64,000 bases of DNA from an uncultured Planctomycetota bacterium. GTDB taxonomy: Bacteria > Planctomycetota > Planctomycetia > Isosphaerales > Isosphaeraceae. Below, one piece after another: positions 9,253-20,795 of this stretch. The DNA lies in contig CAWJTV010000039.1 of assembly GCA_963845755.1 (NCBI GenBank), positions 384,001 to 448,000 on the forward strand. Direction: 5' to 3'. Position 1 is the stretch's first letter. Every line of letters begins with the position of its first letter. The notes beneath the pieces are model-generated. The model worked only from the letters and a program-made list of their open reading frames with translations, did no database searches and was not told the DNA's origin. A program made the translations under genes and the position numbers.

Positions 9253-12200
9253 TCAAGGCGTCACCACTTGATTGGTCAGGCGTCGGACCGCGCCGCGGGC
9301 GACTCGGGTAAGGCGGGTGCCCGGGCACTCCATCGGCCAGGGACAGGAGCACCTGCCGCGCATTCGAACTCCCCATCAACTCCAGCAGCTCGACCGCGCG
9401 CAGGTTGCGCGTCTGCTCGGCGGTCGGCATGACGAGCTTGTCCAGCAGTCGCTCCACGCGCCGGCGCAGGACCAGGGGCGAATCGCCCTCCAACGCCTTG
9501 CGCAGGGCGGGCTCGGCCAGGTCGCCCAGTCCTTCCAGCTCGGAGCTCCGCCTGACGCCGTAACTCGCCCCGTCCGTTGTCCAGGTCGGCCATAAGCTGT
9601 GCCAGGCGTTTGGAGTCGGGAGAGGCAGCCGCTCGCACGCGCTCCTGGATCAGCGTTATGGCCTGGTCGGAAGAGGCGCTGAGCTTGCGGAGGGCGTCGA
9701 AGGCCCGGGTGGCGTCCTTGCTGGCCAGGTCGGTCCACAGCGCGTTCAGGTCCTCGGGTTGTAGGTTGGACGCGGGGTCAGGTGATGCGCGCCGAGCGCC
9801 GGTCAGCCGGGTCAGGTCCCAGGTCAGCGCGGTGGTGTCGCTCCCGCCGGAGAACAGACGTTTGCCGTCGGGGCTGAACAGCAAGCTGACCACGCCGCCC
9901 TCGTGGCCTTCGAGCTGACCCAGCTCCCGGCCGGCAAGGACGTCCCACAGGTGGATTTCCGGCGTATCTTTGGCTGTTGCCAGGTAACGGCCGTCCGGTG
10001 AGAAGGCCAGGCAGGTGGTAAGGTCCCGCCGCATTTGCATGAATTCATAGGGCCCACCAGCGGTTAGGTGCACGGTGCGTCTTTTCGAGTCGGCCTCACC
10101 GAGCCGGCCACGCTGCGCGCCGGAAACGGCGTCGTACAAGGTTACGGTGTGGTCGGCGTTGAGTGTCGCCAGGCAGAGGCTGTTGGCGGAGAATGCGAAG
10201 CGCTCGATGGCCGGGCCCGACTGGAGAGGAAGCTGCCAGAGGAGGGCCCCCGTCGCCAGATTCCACAGGCAGAGTTGCTGTGTTGACCCTGCCCCGGCCA
10301 GCCAGCGTCCGTCGGGGGAGAAGACCAGATGCGCGAACACCACGCCCGTCACCTCGGTCAGCGTGAGGCTGCCGAACTCCATGCGGTCGCTGGCCTGCGC
10401 CAGCGTATACCGGACCTGCCCGGTCGCCGCGTCCCTCAGTTGCACCTCAGGGTTGGGCCAGAACCGCATCGCGACCAGGGACCCGTCGGGGGAAAGGGCG
10501 AGGGATACAGGGGGGTCGCCGATCTTCCACCTTCTCTCGCCGCCCGCGCCTCGGAGGATGAACTCGCCGTCGGTCGCGAAGCCAACCGCGCCTTCGCGCG
10601 AGAAAACCGCATGGGTCGCGCGGTCCGGAGCCGCCGCGCTGCCCGGTTTCCTTGCCGGAGGCCCAATTCCAAACCCGCACCGGGTCACCGTGGCCGTACG
10701 TGTACAGCGACTTGCCATCGTCGGAGAGGGCCAGGGTTGAGGCCGGCGACTGATGCCCGTTCTCTGTCCCGGGGATTTCCCGGCCCGTGTTGAACCTGGA
10801 ACTGACGTGCCGTTTCGCCGCCCAGGCTACAGATCAGCGTCTTGCCGTCGGCCGAGAAGGCCAGCGCCGGACGGGCGTAGGCGCTCGCCGCGTCGGTACA
10901 CCGCAATTCGAGCTGGGCCTCGGTTGGCTGACCCAGGGGGTAGGTGCATTTGCCCGACGGCAGGTCCCAGAGTTCAATGGTGTGGCTCATGCGGCAGACG
11001 GCGATCGACTGGCCATCGGCCGAGACGGCGATGGCCAGGGCTGCGTCATACGGGCCGTCCCCATCTGGGCGGCGGTGGTATCCCAGCCGGTGCAGCTCCT
11101 TGCCCGTGGTTGCGTCCGATGCCACGACGCCGCGCGCCGGAGAATGATCCCAGAACAGGGTCTTATCGTCCGCGGAGAAGCAAACGATCTGCACGTAGCC
11201 GATGCCCGCGTCGATCTGGGTCTGTTCCTTGCCGGTCGCCAGGTCCCTGACGTGAATCAACAGGTTATCCGCGGGACGCGTCATGTAAGCGAGGTACTTC
11301 CATCCGGGAGAGACGAGCGCGTTCTGGTCGTTGGCGACATTGCTGCCGCCGGCCCTGGCCTCGCTGCGCCGGACGCACTGGCCGGTCGCTACGTCCCAGA
11401 CGGCGATGGTCTCACCCCCGGTACCGAGAGTCAGCAAGGCCCCGGCGTCGGCCGAGAAGATCAGTTGGAGCAACCGTTTCTGCCCGGTCTGGAGCTGGTG
11501 CAGTCTCTTGCCGCTGGCCGTCTCCCACCAGCAGACGACCTCGCCCCGCGAGGTCGCAACGAATCGGCCATCCGGAGAAAGAGCGGCCAGGCTGTTCAAT
11601 GCCCGGTCTTCCCGCGCCTGGTACTCGTATTGTTGCATGGTCCCGTCCTGGGTGGGCCCCGGCTCGCCGCTCGGCTGCGCCTCACCCCAATCGAAACGGC
11701 GGAGTTCCTTGCCCGTGGCGAGGTCCCAGAGACGGACCGTCCTGTCCCGGCCCGCCGTCACGAGCTGACGCCCGCCGGGCATGTAGGCCGCGAACGAGAT
11801 GACGTCGCCATGTCTCAGTTGCGTCGAACCCATCCGGGCGAGGACGCCGCTGGGCAAATGCTCGCCGAGGACGTCGGCGTGATCCGGCCGCGCTGCGGGT
11901 TCTTGCTCCACGGTCTGGATGGGCGGGCTGGGCGGTGAGGCCGCCTTCAGCAGCATCGTGGCGCCGGTCCCCAGCATCGCGGCCGTCACCAACACGGCGG
12001 CGGCGATCTTCAGTTTGTACACGAACATCGTCCGGAAAGTTCCTTTGGCCAGCGCGACCGCCCGGGTCGAAACGACGCCCGCAATACCGGCTTCTGCGCT
12101 GTCAAACCACAGGGCCGTGCGCACGGTGTCCGAGAGCAGTCGCACGGGCACACCGGCTTCCGCCCCGGCGGAGGCCAGCAAGGTGGCGATGCCCACGGAG

Positions 12201-12811
12201 GGGACGGCATAGCCGCGCCGGGCCAGGCAGGCACGGAGGCGCTCCCTCGCCTGGGCCAGCCGCGCCGACATCGACCCCCGCGGACAGCCCAGGACCTCCG
12301 CGGCTTGCTCGTTCGTCTTGCCTTCGAGGTAACACAGTACGAGAGGAAGGCGGTGCTTCTCGGGGAGTCTCTGGAGCTCCTCGTCCAGGATGACGGCCTG
12401 GTCGCTCGGGGTCGTGCCGTGATTCTCGGTCCCGGGCCGGCTTCGGGCGGCCTGCGCCTCGCGACGCAGCCGCCGGGCCTCGTTGGTGCGGATGCGAAGG
12501 GCCAGGCGGTACGCGACCGTGTACAGCCAGTTCCCCAACGGTTTGCCGTGGTCGAGCGAAGGAGCCTTGCGCATCAGGACGAGGAAAGCGGCCTGGAAGG
12601 CATCCTCGGCGGCCTGATCGTTGCGCAGCACGCGGCGGCAAACGCCGAGGACCATCGGTCCGTGCCGGGCCACCAGCGCCTCGAAGGCCAGCTCGTCGCG
12701 CTCGGTCGCGTAACGCTCGAGCAGTTGCCACTCGGACAGGCCGGCGAGACTCCCCCGCTGCAAGAGCCGTTCGATCTGCTGCTGAACGATGCCGTAGGGT
12801 TGCCTCGCCAT
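9253..12811 (-). CDS. ECF sigma-70 factor with transmembrane helix and C-terminal WD40 repeats (several indels)
   Basis: AFEALVARHGPMVLGVCRRVL...AEDAFQA, LPEKHRLPLVLCYLEG, a TM segment, LARMGSTQLRHG, WD repeats and C-terminal LRAVELLE. Pieces are ORFs 10685-12811, 9276-10718 and 8708-9493; the reconstructed stop is at 9253. Confidence 0.88.
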
Positions 12812-13469
12812 GGGACATCACTCCTCAAATGACAATTGTAAAACATCGGCCCGACAATTGCCAGTGATTCTGCAATCTTCGCCCTACCGGATCCCGACCC
12901 GTGGACGCCCGCGCGAATCCGCAGGCATGAGCAGGGATCAAGATGACGGGGTTCGGATAGGGCTTAGCCATGCTCGCGACCTCGGGGCCTGCGACCTTCG
13001 CCTACCCATATACAGGCAGGAGAGACCGCGAGCAGATAGGAACTTTCGAAAAAAGTGGGGGTCAGCGAATCAGCCGGTTGGCCGTTCGATGTCCTCGCCG
13101 GGAATCTTCGAGGGAATCCCACCATTCTGGTCGAGACTTGGGATGCGGGACGGGCAGAACCGGGTTGAACGCGCCGCTGTTCAGGTTGATGCGCGCCGGG
13201 AGAGATGCAGCCACCGGTGCGTGGCCGAGTCCCATCGCCCCGACGACCTGGAAGCACCTCCACGAGCAACCCGCGGGCTCAACCCGACCACCCAGGCTTA
13301 CCCTGGTGCGGCGATGAGCGGACAGCCTCCATCGCCGATGGTGGGGTGTGTGTGATTCCCAGTCATGGGATAATCCAATCCATCGGCCTCGCGGACGGGT
13401 TGGTGGGGGTCCACGACGTCGCGGACCCTGCGCCTACCCCCTCGCGCCGACTTCCAGGAGAGTTTCCCC

Positions 13470-16400
13470 ATGGCAGCCGCCCACGACTTGCTCTTCGGCC
13501 TACTGGCTCTGCAGAACGGCTTGATCGACCAGGTCCAGCTCGTCGCGGCCTTTCAGGCCTGGACTCGTGCCAGGGACCGGCCGCTGGCCGAGCACCTGGT
13601 CGCCCGTGGCGATCTGGACGCCGAGCAGCGCGCGGGCGTCGAAGGGATGGTGGTTCTCCATCTCAAGAAGCATGGCGGCGATCTCGAGAAGAGTCTGGCG
13701 GCCATCCACGCCGGCCGCTCCACGCACGAGAGCCTGGCGCGGGTGGCCGATTCCGACATCGAGGCCTCACTCGTCCACCTGGGGCCGGCCTCAACTCAGG
13801 CCAATGAAGACTTAGACCGTACCGCCAACTATTCGGTGGGCACCGCCACCTCCGACGGCCAGCGGTTTCGCGTACTCCGGCCTCACGCCCGGGGTGGGCT
13901 GGGAGCCGTCTTCGTCGCAATGGACACCGAGTTGCACCGAGAGGTGGCACTGAAGCAAATCCTCGACAAGCATGCGGACGATCTGGTCTGCCGACAGCGG
14001 TTTCTCCTGGAGGCCGAGGTCACCGGTGGGCTGGAGCACCCCGGTATCGTCCCGGTGTATGGCCTGGGAACCTACGCCGATGGCCGCCCTTTCTACGCCA
14101 TGCGGTTTGTCGGCGGAGACTCACTCAAGGAGGCCGTCGCCCGATTCCATGACGGCGATGCGCTGAAGAGGGACCCGGGCCGGCGGTCGCTGGAACTGCG
14201 AAAGCTCCTGCGGCGGTTCCTCGACGTTTGCAACGCGATCGAGTATGCGCACAGCCGGGGCGTGTTGCACAGGGACATCAAGCCGGGCAACGTCATGGTC
14301 GGCAGACACGGCGAGACCCTCGTCGTCGATTGGGGGTTGGCCAAGGCGCAGGGCCGGGCCGACGCGGCCGGATTGTCCGGCGAGCGGCCACTCGTGCCCA
14401 GCCCGGCGAGTGGATCGTCCGAGACGCTGCCGGGATCGGCGCTGGGCACGCCCGCCTACATGAGTCCCGAGCAGGCCCGCGGCGAGCTCGATCGGCTGGG
14501 GCCACGGTCCGACGTCTACAGCCTGGGAGCCACGCTCTACTGCCTGCTGACGGGCAAGCCCCCGGTCGAATCCGACGACATTGGTGAGGTGCTGCGACAC
14601 GTACAACGAGGCGACTTCCCACCACCGCGCAAGCTCGACACCTCGATCGATCGGGCGCTCGAGGCAATCTGCCTGAAGGCCATGGCGCTCGAGCCCGACA
14701 ACCGCTACGGCTCGTGCAAGGCACTCGCTGACGACGTCGAGCACTGGATGGCCGACCAGCCAGTGGCCGCCTGGCGCGAGCCCTGGACACGGTCTCTGGT
14801 GCGCTGGCTGACGAGGCACCGTACAGGCGTGACGGCTGCCGGCGCCGCGATGCTGATGGCCCTGGTCGGCCTGGGAGCCGTGTCAGGAGTGCAGGCGCGG
14901 GCCAATGGCGAGCTCAGGAGGACCAACGACGCGCTGTTCGCAGCCAATACGCGAGTCGTCCAGGCCAACGTCGATCTGAAAGAGGCCAACGACAAAACGA
15001 ACCGGGCCAACCAGGAACTCCAGGCTGCCAATGTCCGCGAGCGGCAGAGGTTCGATCTTGCGATGGACGCCATCAAGCTGTTCCATGGCGAGGTCAGCAA
15101 GGACTTGCTGCTCAAGCAGCGCCAGTTCGAAACGCTCCGGGGCAAGCTGCTCCAGGGGGCGGCGGATTTTTACGGCAGGCTGGAGAAACTGCTCAAAGAC
15201 CGCAAGGACCAGGATTCGCGAGCCGCGCTGGGCCGGGCCTACGAAGAGCTGGGAGAGCTGACGATCGACATCGGCAACTCCAACGAAGCCCTGGCGGTGT
15301 TCCAGAAGGCGATCCAGGTTCGGCAGGCGCTGTCTCAGGACTCGCGCGCGGATGATACGATCAAGCTCGACCTGGCGCGGAACCTGAGATCCCGAGGATT
15401 CCTGCTGGAAGGGATGTCCAACCGGCCGGCGGCCACGGCGTCCTACGAAGAGGCATTGGCCATCGTCAAGACACTGAAGCCCACGGATGGCATGACCGAG
15501 CCGCTCTTCCGGGTCGAAGCCCGGATCACCCACAGTATCGGCTGGCTGCATCACGCGATGGGTAACGAAGAAGAGTCGGTGGCATGGCTGCGCCAGTCAT
15601 GCAAGATCCTCGAGAAAGGCCTCGCTTCCGGATTGGGACAGACCGCTTCACCCCCCGACAAAGAATCTCTCCTGTTTCTCGTGAACACGCTCAACGCGCT
15701 GAGCGGTCCCCTGGGCGCTCTCATCAGATTGTCCGAATCGCTGGCGGACCAGCAGCGAGCGCTCGAGATCACGCAAAGGCTGGTCGCCTCCGAGCCCAGC
15801 GACCCTACGATCCTCAACAGCCGCGCGGTCACCTTGTATAACATCGGGGGATTATACCGGAGCATGGCGCGGTCGGCCGAGGCGTTCTCGGCGTTCCGCG
15901 CGGGCCTGGACGTCCTGGAGAAGCTGGTCAACGACTATCCCGCCGTCGTCGAGTATCGTCGGTTCCAGGCCAGGTGTTTCAATGGCTGCGGCGACACCGC
16001 TCAGGAGATGGGGCGCCCGGTCGAGGCACTGGCCTACTTCCACGAGGCGCTCGCAGCCTGGAAGAGGGTTGTCGCCGATAATCCAGACCGATACGCCGAA
16101 CCTGTCGAGCTGGCGAGCGCGCATAACCGGATCGGTTGGCTTCAGTTCGGAATGGGACGGATACCGGAGGCCCTGGAGCAATACGAGGCTGCCCGAGTGG
16201 TTCTCCAGAACCTTCTGGATCGCTACCCTCCCCACATCTTGCCCAGGACCCGGAGCGAGCTCTCGAACATCTTGATCAACATCGCCGAGCTCCAGCGCAT
16301 GCAGGGACGACTGACCGAGGCCCGCGCGAATTGCGATAAAGCAGTCACGATCCGGGAGGCTGTGATCAAGGAGTTCCCCGAGGTCGTCGGTTATCGCGTC

Positions 16401-16778
16401 CGAATGGGCGAGTGCTGGCTGCGATCGGGCCAGGTGAAGCTGGCCGCCGGCGACATCCCGGGTGCCGCCGCCGAGTGGCGGCGCGCCGTATCGTCATACG
16501 AGGACCTCAAGTACCGCGTGGGCGAGCTTGCGATGTTCGAGGCCGGTTGCCATGCGATGCTTTCCCGAATTGCGGGAATGAGCGGCTCGGGCGTTTCCGC
16601 TTCCGAAGGACGTTCCGAAGCGGAAAAGGCCATGGCCACGCTCCGCCAGCTCGTCGCCGAGGGCTACCATGCCCACGAGCTCAGGATTGAGTCCTGCCTG
16701 GAACCGCTTCACGCCCGGCCCGACTTCCAGCTCCTGATGATGGATGTGGACTTCCCGGCCGAGCCGTTTGTGCCGTGA
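13470..16778 (+). CDS. Hanks-type Ser/Thr protein kinase with TM helix and TPR region
   Basis: RGGLGAV, VALK, HRDIKPGN, DWGLAK and GTPAYMSPE; hydrophobic segment, coiled coil and TPR-like repeats. Confidence 0.95.
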   Translation: MAAAHDLLFGLLALQNGLIDQVQLVAAFQAWTRARDRPLAEHLVARGDLDAEQRAGVEGMVVLHLKKHGGDLEKSLAAIHAGRSTHESLARVADSDIEASLVHLGPASTQANEDLDRTANYSVGTATSDGQRFRVLRPHARGGLGAVFVAMDTELHREVALKQILDKHADDLVCRQRFLLEAEVTGGLEHPGIVPVYGLGTYADGRPFYAMRFVGGDSLKEAVARFHDGDALKRDPGRRSLELRKLLRRFLDVCNAIEYAHSRGVLHRDIKPGNVMVGRHGETLVVDWGLAKAQGRADAAGLSGERPLVPSPASGSSETLPGSALGTPAYMSPEQARGELDRLGPRSDVYSLGATLYCLLTGKPPVESDDIGEVLRHVQRGDFPPPRKLDTSIDRALEAICLKAMALEPDNRYGSCKALADDVEHWMADQPVAAWREPWTRSLVRWLTRHRTGVTAAGAAMLMALVGLGAVSGVQARANGELRRTNDALFAANTRVVQANVDLKEANDKTNRANQELQAANVRERQRFDLAMDAIKLFHGEVSKDLLLKQRQFETLRGKLLQGAADFYGRLEKLLKDRKDQDSRAALGRAYEELGELTIDIGNSNEALAVFQKAIQVRQALSQDSRADDTIKLDLARNLRSRGFLLEGMSNRPAATASYEEALAIVKTLKPTDGMTEPLFRVEARITHSIGWLHHAMGNEEESVAWLRQSCKILEKGLASGLGQTASPPDKESLLFLVNTLNALSGPLGALIRLSESLADQQRALEITQRLVASEPSDPTILNSRAVTLYNIGGLYRSMARSAEAFSAFRAGLDVLEKLVNDYPAVVEYRRFQARCFNGCGDTAQEMGRPVEALAYFHEALAAWKRVVADNPDRYAEPVELASAHNRIGWLQFGMGRIPEALEQYEAARVVLQNLLDRYPPHILPRTRSELSNILINIAELQRMQGRLTEARANCDKAVTIREAVIKEFPEVVGYRVRMGECWLRSGQVKLAAGDIPGAAAEWRRAVSSYEDLKYRVGELAMFEAGCHAMLSRIAGMSGSGVSASEGRSEAEKAMATLRQLVAEGYHAHELRIESCLEPLHARPDFQLLMMDVDFPAEPFVP

Positions 16779-16805
16779 ATTCGTGTTGAGGGATGCAGCC
16801 GGTTC

Positions 16806-17100
16806 TTACGACTGTGTCGGTTCGTGGTGCATGCCGGTGCCGAAGATGGTCAAGCCCCGCTTGCAACAGAGGCTGTTGTCGACGCCCGGGACCAGGATCC
16901 CCTCGGGGTACAAGTCGTGGACGGCCTGGCGTGCCCGCGCATCGTAGAGGTCGTCGATCCACCCGGGTGATTGCCGGTTGGGCCTGCCGATCCGCAGCGC
17001 GACGGTCGAGAGCCCGATCAAGCCGATGAACCGTCGCAGGAAAGGGACGGAGCCGTTCGGGAAGGAGGGGGGACGGAGGCCCTGTCGCAGGTGCGAGCGT
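16806..17100 (-). pseudogene. Degenerate IS701-like/DDE transposase fragment
   Basis: DLYPEGILVPGVDNSLCCKRGLTIFGTGMHHEP resembles the 'xDDTLxRKRGLxxFGxGMHHDP' block of planctomycete IS701-like transposases; truncated immediately after. Confidence 0.6.
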
Positions 17101-17259
17101 CGTCCGTGAGCGAAGCCGGTCGGGCGGCGCGTTATGGGTCTTGGCCGCGGCCGCACCCACGCGTCAATGGGACCGGTCGCCTTCGCCCTTGATCTGCACC
17201 GACAAGCACGCGGTTGCATCCGAGAAGCCGCCCGAGGCAACCTGGTGAATCCCGGAGGC

Positions 17260-17886
17260 CTACTCGCTGGCGGCGAACCGCGTCTCGCCGATCGGGTCCA
17301 GCTCGTCGAGGCGGCGGCGGACCTGTTTGACGATCCGGTCGATGGTGGCTTGGCCCGCGTGGCGGGCCATCGTCAGGACCTGGCCTCCGGCGTCGATCAC
17401 GACGTGCAGCGGCGGGTCGGCGGTCTGGGCGTGGAACTGACGGCGGGTTTCGGGACCGGCCAGGTAGACCGGCAGGTCAACACCGCCGGCCGCCACCGCC
17501 GCGCGGACCACCGCGGGATCCTCGGCCTCGACGGCTGCCGACACCGGGGCAAACCGCCGATGCGCCCTGAGCCCCTTCCAGGCCGCCTCCAACTCCGGCA
17601 GACAGGCCCGTCCCGTCGGCGACCCGGCCGACCAGAAGACCAGCCAGACCACCCGGTCGTTCAGGCCGATCAGCACGATCGGCTCGGATGTCTTCAGGTC
17701 GAGCAACCGGAGTGGAGGCGCCACGTCGCCCACCGAGACGTCGGTGACCTCCGGCCGTTGTCGCGAGGAACCCGGTCCGTAACGGACCCACGCCGCCCCG
17801 ACGACCGCCGTGACCGTGACCACGCCCATGAGCGCGGTGACCGCGTCGAACCCGCCGGCGGCGGGGATGTTCGGTCGGTGTCGCAT
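17260..17886 (-). CDS. Membrane-anchored TlpA/redoxin-like thioredoxin-fold protein lacking CxxC
   Basis: N-terminal TM, VGDVAPPLRLLDL, VVWLVFWSAGSPTGRAC and PPLHVVIDAGGQV. It is fused to the fucosidase in the ORF track only through an indel. Confidence 0.7.
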   Translation of the reverse strand: MRHRPNIPAAGGFDAVTALMGVVTVTAVVGAAWVRYGPGSSRQRPEVTDVSVGDVAPPLRLLDLKTSEPIVLIGLNDRVVWLVFWSAGSPTGRACLPELEAAWKGLRAHRRFAPVSAAVEAEDPAVVRAAVAAGGVDLPVYLAGPETRRQFHAQTADPPLHVVIDAGGQVLTMARHAGQATIDRIVKQVRRRLDELDPIGETRFAASE

Positions 17887-17932
17887 CCATCGATCGGCCT
17901 CCCGGCCAGGTTGTTCGCTCGCCCCCCGAGGA

Positions 17933-19329
17933 TCAGCGGCCGATGACCTGCGGTCTGAGCGTGACGATCGTGTCGATGGGTGTGAGTTCGTCCTCGGGAA
18001 GGTCCAGGGCCATCCCGCGCGGCGCCGCGCCTGCGACAGCTTCAACCGTCGGTCCTTGCCGAAGAGGTAGGGCGTCCACGAGGCCGTCGCCTCGTGGAGG
18101 ATGATCGGCGTCTCGGCCCGCGGGTCGAGGATGTGCAGGAAGATCTCACTCGGGCTATCCCTCGACCCCTTGGCGGTCGAGACGCCCCAGGGCCGCGGCG
18201 CGATCGGGCCGCCGCGGGTGCCGTAGATCGCATCGCCGTGGGTCGCCAGCCACTTCCCGACCTCGATCAGCCGGTCGCGGGATTCCGGGCCGATGGTCCC
18301 GTCGGGGTGCGGCCCGACGTTCAAGAGCAAGTTGGCACCCCGGCCCGCGGCGCCGACCAGGGCGCGGATGAGCTGCTCGGGACTCTTGTAGTGGGTGTCG
18401 GCGGCACGGTAGCCCCAGGAGTCGTTGATCGTCAGGCAGGTCTCCAGGGGCAGGTCGGCGGCGACGCCGGCCTTGTTGAAGCCCGCCGCGTTCTCGCCGG
18501 GCAGGTCCTGCTCGAACATCTGGAAGTCCTCGCCGGGCATCGGCGCCACGTGATGATTGTTCCCTACCAGCGCACCGGGCTGGAGCTCGTGGATCATCCG
18601 GTACGTACCCTCGAGGTCCCAGTCGGCGTCGGGCCGGTCCCACCAACCGTCGAACCAGATCCCCCCGATCTCCCCGTAATTCGTGCAGAGCTCGCGCACC
18701 TGCCCCTGGTAATAGGCGACATACCGCTTCCACTCTCTCCGGGCTTCCGGGTCGTTGGTCTTGCCCGTCTTGCCCAGGGCGGGATAGCTGGGGTGGTGCC
18801 AGTCGAGCAGCGAATAATAGAAGAAGAGCTTGATATTCTGATCGCGACACGCATCCGCCAGCGCCTTCAACGGATCCTTGCGATAGGGCGTGGCGTCAAC
18901 GATGTCGAAGTCGGTCCGCTTGGTGTCGAACATGCAGAAGCCGTCGTGGTGCTTGCTCGTGACGGTGATGTACCGCGCCCCGGCGGACCTGGCCAGCTTG
19001 ACCCAGGCCTCGGCGTCGAACTTGGTCGGATTGAAGCGCGGGGGGAGCTTGGCATACTCGCGGATGGGCAGCTTGTCGTGGTCCATCACCCACTCGCCCT
19101 TGCCCAGCAGGGAGTAGACCCCCCAGTGAACGAAGAGGCCGAACTTGGCATCCTGGAACCATTGCCGAGCCGCCGCGTTGCGCTCGGTCCGGGATCCCGG
19201 GGCGGCGGCGGGTCGATCGTCAGGAGAACTTGCGCGGCCCGAGAGGCCCAGGGCGACGGCGATCAGGGCAATGCTCCCGGCGATCGCTCGGACTCGCGAC
19301 GCGTTCGACAACCGCACCGATCGGCTCAT
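17933..19329 (-). CDS. Alpha-L-fucosidase (GH29); indel near 18020
   Basis: WFQDAKFGLFVHWG, TSKHHDGF, YYSLLDWHHP, IWFDGWW, ETCLTINDSWGY and NLLLNVGP. The corrected C-terminus ...TPIDTIVTLRPQVIGR stops at 17933. Confidence 0.93.
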
Positions 19330-19516
19330 GGCGGTCCCTCCCGTGTTGGCCCCGGCCGAGGACGTCCTCTTCCGAGTACGATGGTCGTTCCCGGGCGCGC
19401 TGTCAACCCGGCGAGCCATGCGAGAGGGCGGAACCGCGTTCGAAACGACCAACCCGACCGGCGCGTGATGGGTGCGTCAGTCGGGTTCGTAGGGGGGTGA
19501 TCGGGCGGACCGATCC

Positions 19517-19839
19517 TCAGATGGGATAGAGGTTCTTGAGCCGCTTGCGGGCCTCGGCGCTTCCCTTGGCCGCCTTGATCAGCGGGAACGTCTGCATCTT
19601 GCCGTCGACCTCCAGGGTCAACTGCCCGTTCCGGATCACCGAGGTCGCCACGCGGCACATACGCGCGTCTTGCCGTTGGGCAGCCAGATGTGGATCCACT
19701 GGAGGTTGGGCTTGAATGTGCGGCGGCTCACGCCGGTCGTCTTCTTGCCGACGCCGCCCAGGTATTTCGCCTTGCCGCGCTCGGTCTTGTGATTGCCGAA
19801 CGAGGTCTTCTTGCCACTCACGGGACATTCACGGCCCAT
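19517..19839 (-). CDS. rpmB: 50S ribosomal protein L28 (apparent indels near 19655-19665)
   Basis: MGRECPVSGKKTSFGN...RGKAKYLGGVG...RRTFKPNLQ; continues in another frame as RVATSVIRNGQ... Confidence 0.92.
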
Positions 19840-19853
19840 CGCACCCGCTCCTC

Positions 19854-19897
19854 ATTCCGGATTCCGGATTCGAGATTCGAGATTCCGGATTCCAAAT
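19854..19897. repeat. Tandem heptamer repeat (ATTCCGG/ATTCGAG)
   Basis: ATTCCGG ATTCCGG ATTCGAG ATTCGAG ATTCCGG ATTCCAA between rpmF and rpmB. Confidence 0.85.
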
Positions 19898-19954
19898 AAT
19901 CGACTGCCGATCTCCGAGGCCAAAACGCCGAGCCGAGGAACCCTCGTCACCCGG

Positions 19955-20170
19955 CTACTTCTTGGTCTTTTCCTTATCCTTCTTGGCCATCGGATTATGC
20001 GGCTTGCTCCGCTGGACGTTGCCGCATTCCTCGACCAGGTCGCACACTTTGTGCGGCGGGATCGCCTGCTTACACTGCGGGCAGATGTTCAATGCGGGAG
20101 CGACCAGGAAATCGTGGCTCCTTCGCATCCCTTGTGCTGATGGCGACTTACGCCGTTTTGGTACAGCCAC
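19955..20170 (-). CDS. rpmF: 50S ribosomal protein L32
   Basis: MAVPKRRKS...MRRSHD...CPQC...PHKVC...ECG. Confidence 0.95.
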   Translation of the reverse strand: MAVPKRRKSPSAQGMRRSHDFLVAPALNICPQCKQAIPPHKVCDLVEECGNVQRSKPHNPMAKKDKEKTKK

Positions 20171-20303
20171 GAACTCACACTCCGAATCCAGTCCGGTTGC
20201 GTCAATTTCCGGGGAAAAGTCTTATTATCCGAATCCCGGGTCGCATTTCAAGAGCGCCCTCGCCGTGCGCCGTCTTCTCCGGCCATTTATCCTGACGACC
20301 CCC

Positions 20304-20359
20304 TTGCCAGTTTATGACGACCGTCGTAGAATCGTGGAAGTTTTACGACAAAGGACGTA
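20304..20359 (+). promoter_or_regulatory. Promoter with two putative BlaI-family operators
   Basis: TTGCCA-N17-TAGAAT (20304-20332); imperfect palindromes TATGAC-N4-GTCGTA (20313-20328) and TACGAC-N4-GACGTA (20344-20359) directly upstream of the BlaI-family gene. Confidence 0.65.
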
Positions 20360-20387
20360 ATCGGGTCTTTCGCCGCGAGGGGATGCC

Positions 20388-20795
20388 ATGCCAGAGCGAC
20401 GAGCCGCGCCCCGGCTGACTTCCGGGGAGATGGAGATCCTGGCGATGCTCTGGGATCGCGGGGACTTGACGCTCTCCGAGGCCCACCAGGCGCTGGGGCG
20501 GCCGATCGGCTACACGACGATGCAGACGCGCCTGAACCGGCTGGTCGCCAAGGGGGTGGTCTCGCGGTCGGAGGGACGTCCCGCCCGTTACGGCGCGGCC
20601 GTGGGCGCCGAGGCGGTCGGCACGCGGCATCTGGATCTCCTGCTGGAACGGATCCGGGGGTTCAAGATCGTCCCCCTGGTCGCCCATCTCGTCCGGGATC
20701 GGCGGCTGACCTCGGAGGAAATCCGCGAGTTGAAGCGATTGATCAACCAGGCCGAGGCGTCGAGCCGTGGCCATGGTGAGGAGGACCGGTCATGA
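20388..20795 (+). CDS. BlaI/MecI/CopY family transcriptional repressor
   Basis: LTSGEMEILAMLW...GYTTMQTRLNRLVAKGVV...LTSEEIRELKRLI. Confidence 0.92.
   Translation: MPERRAAPRLTSGEMEILAMLWDRGDLTLSEAHQALGRPIGYTTMQTRLNRLVAKGVVSRSEGRPARYGAAVGAEAVGTRHLDLLLERIRGFKIVPLVAHLVRDRRLTSEEIRELKRLINQAEASSRGHGEEDRS

Noticed and set aside
12900..13050. Short minus-strand MAKPYPNPVIL start resembling an ECF sigma N-terminus, plus a GACAATTG direct repeat near 12831/12852
   Set aside because: Similarity is limited to a few residues and cannot be distinguished from chance.
17260..19452. Apparent 730-aa fucosidase-thioredoxin fusion
   Set aside because: An indel near 18020 bypasses the natural fucosidase stop at 17933; the linker is out-of-frame nonsense and the second gene has its own ATG at 17886.
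19517..19839. rpmB as a pseudogene or recoded gene
   Set aside because: It is repaired by removing two single bases, has no slippery site, and fits the window-wide error pattern.
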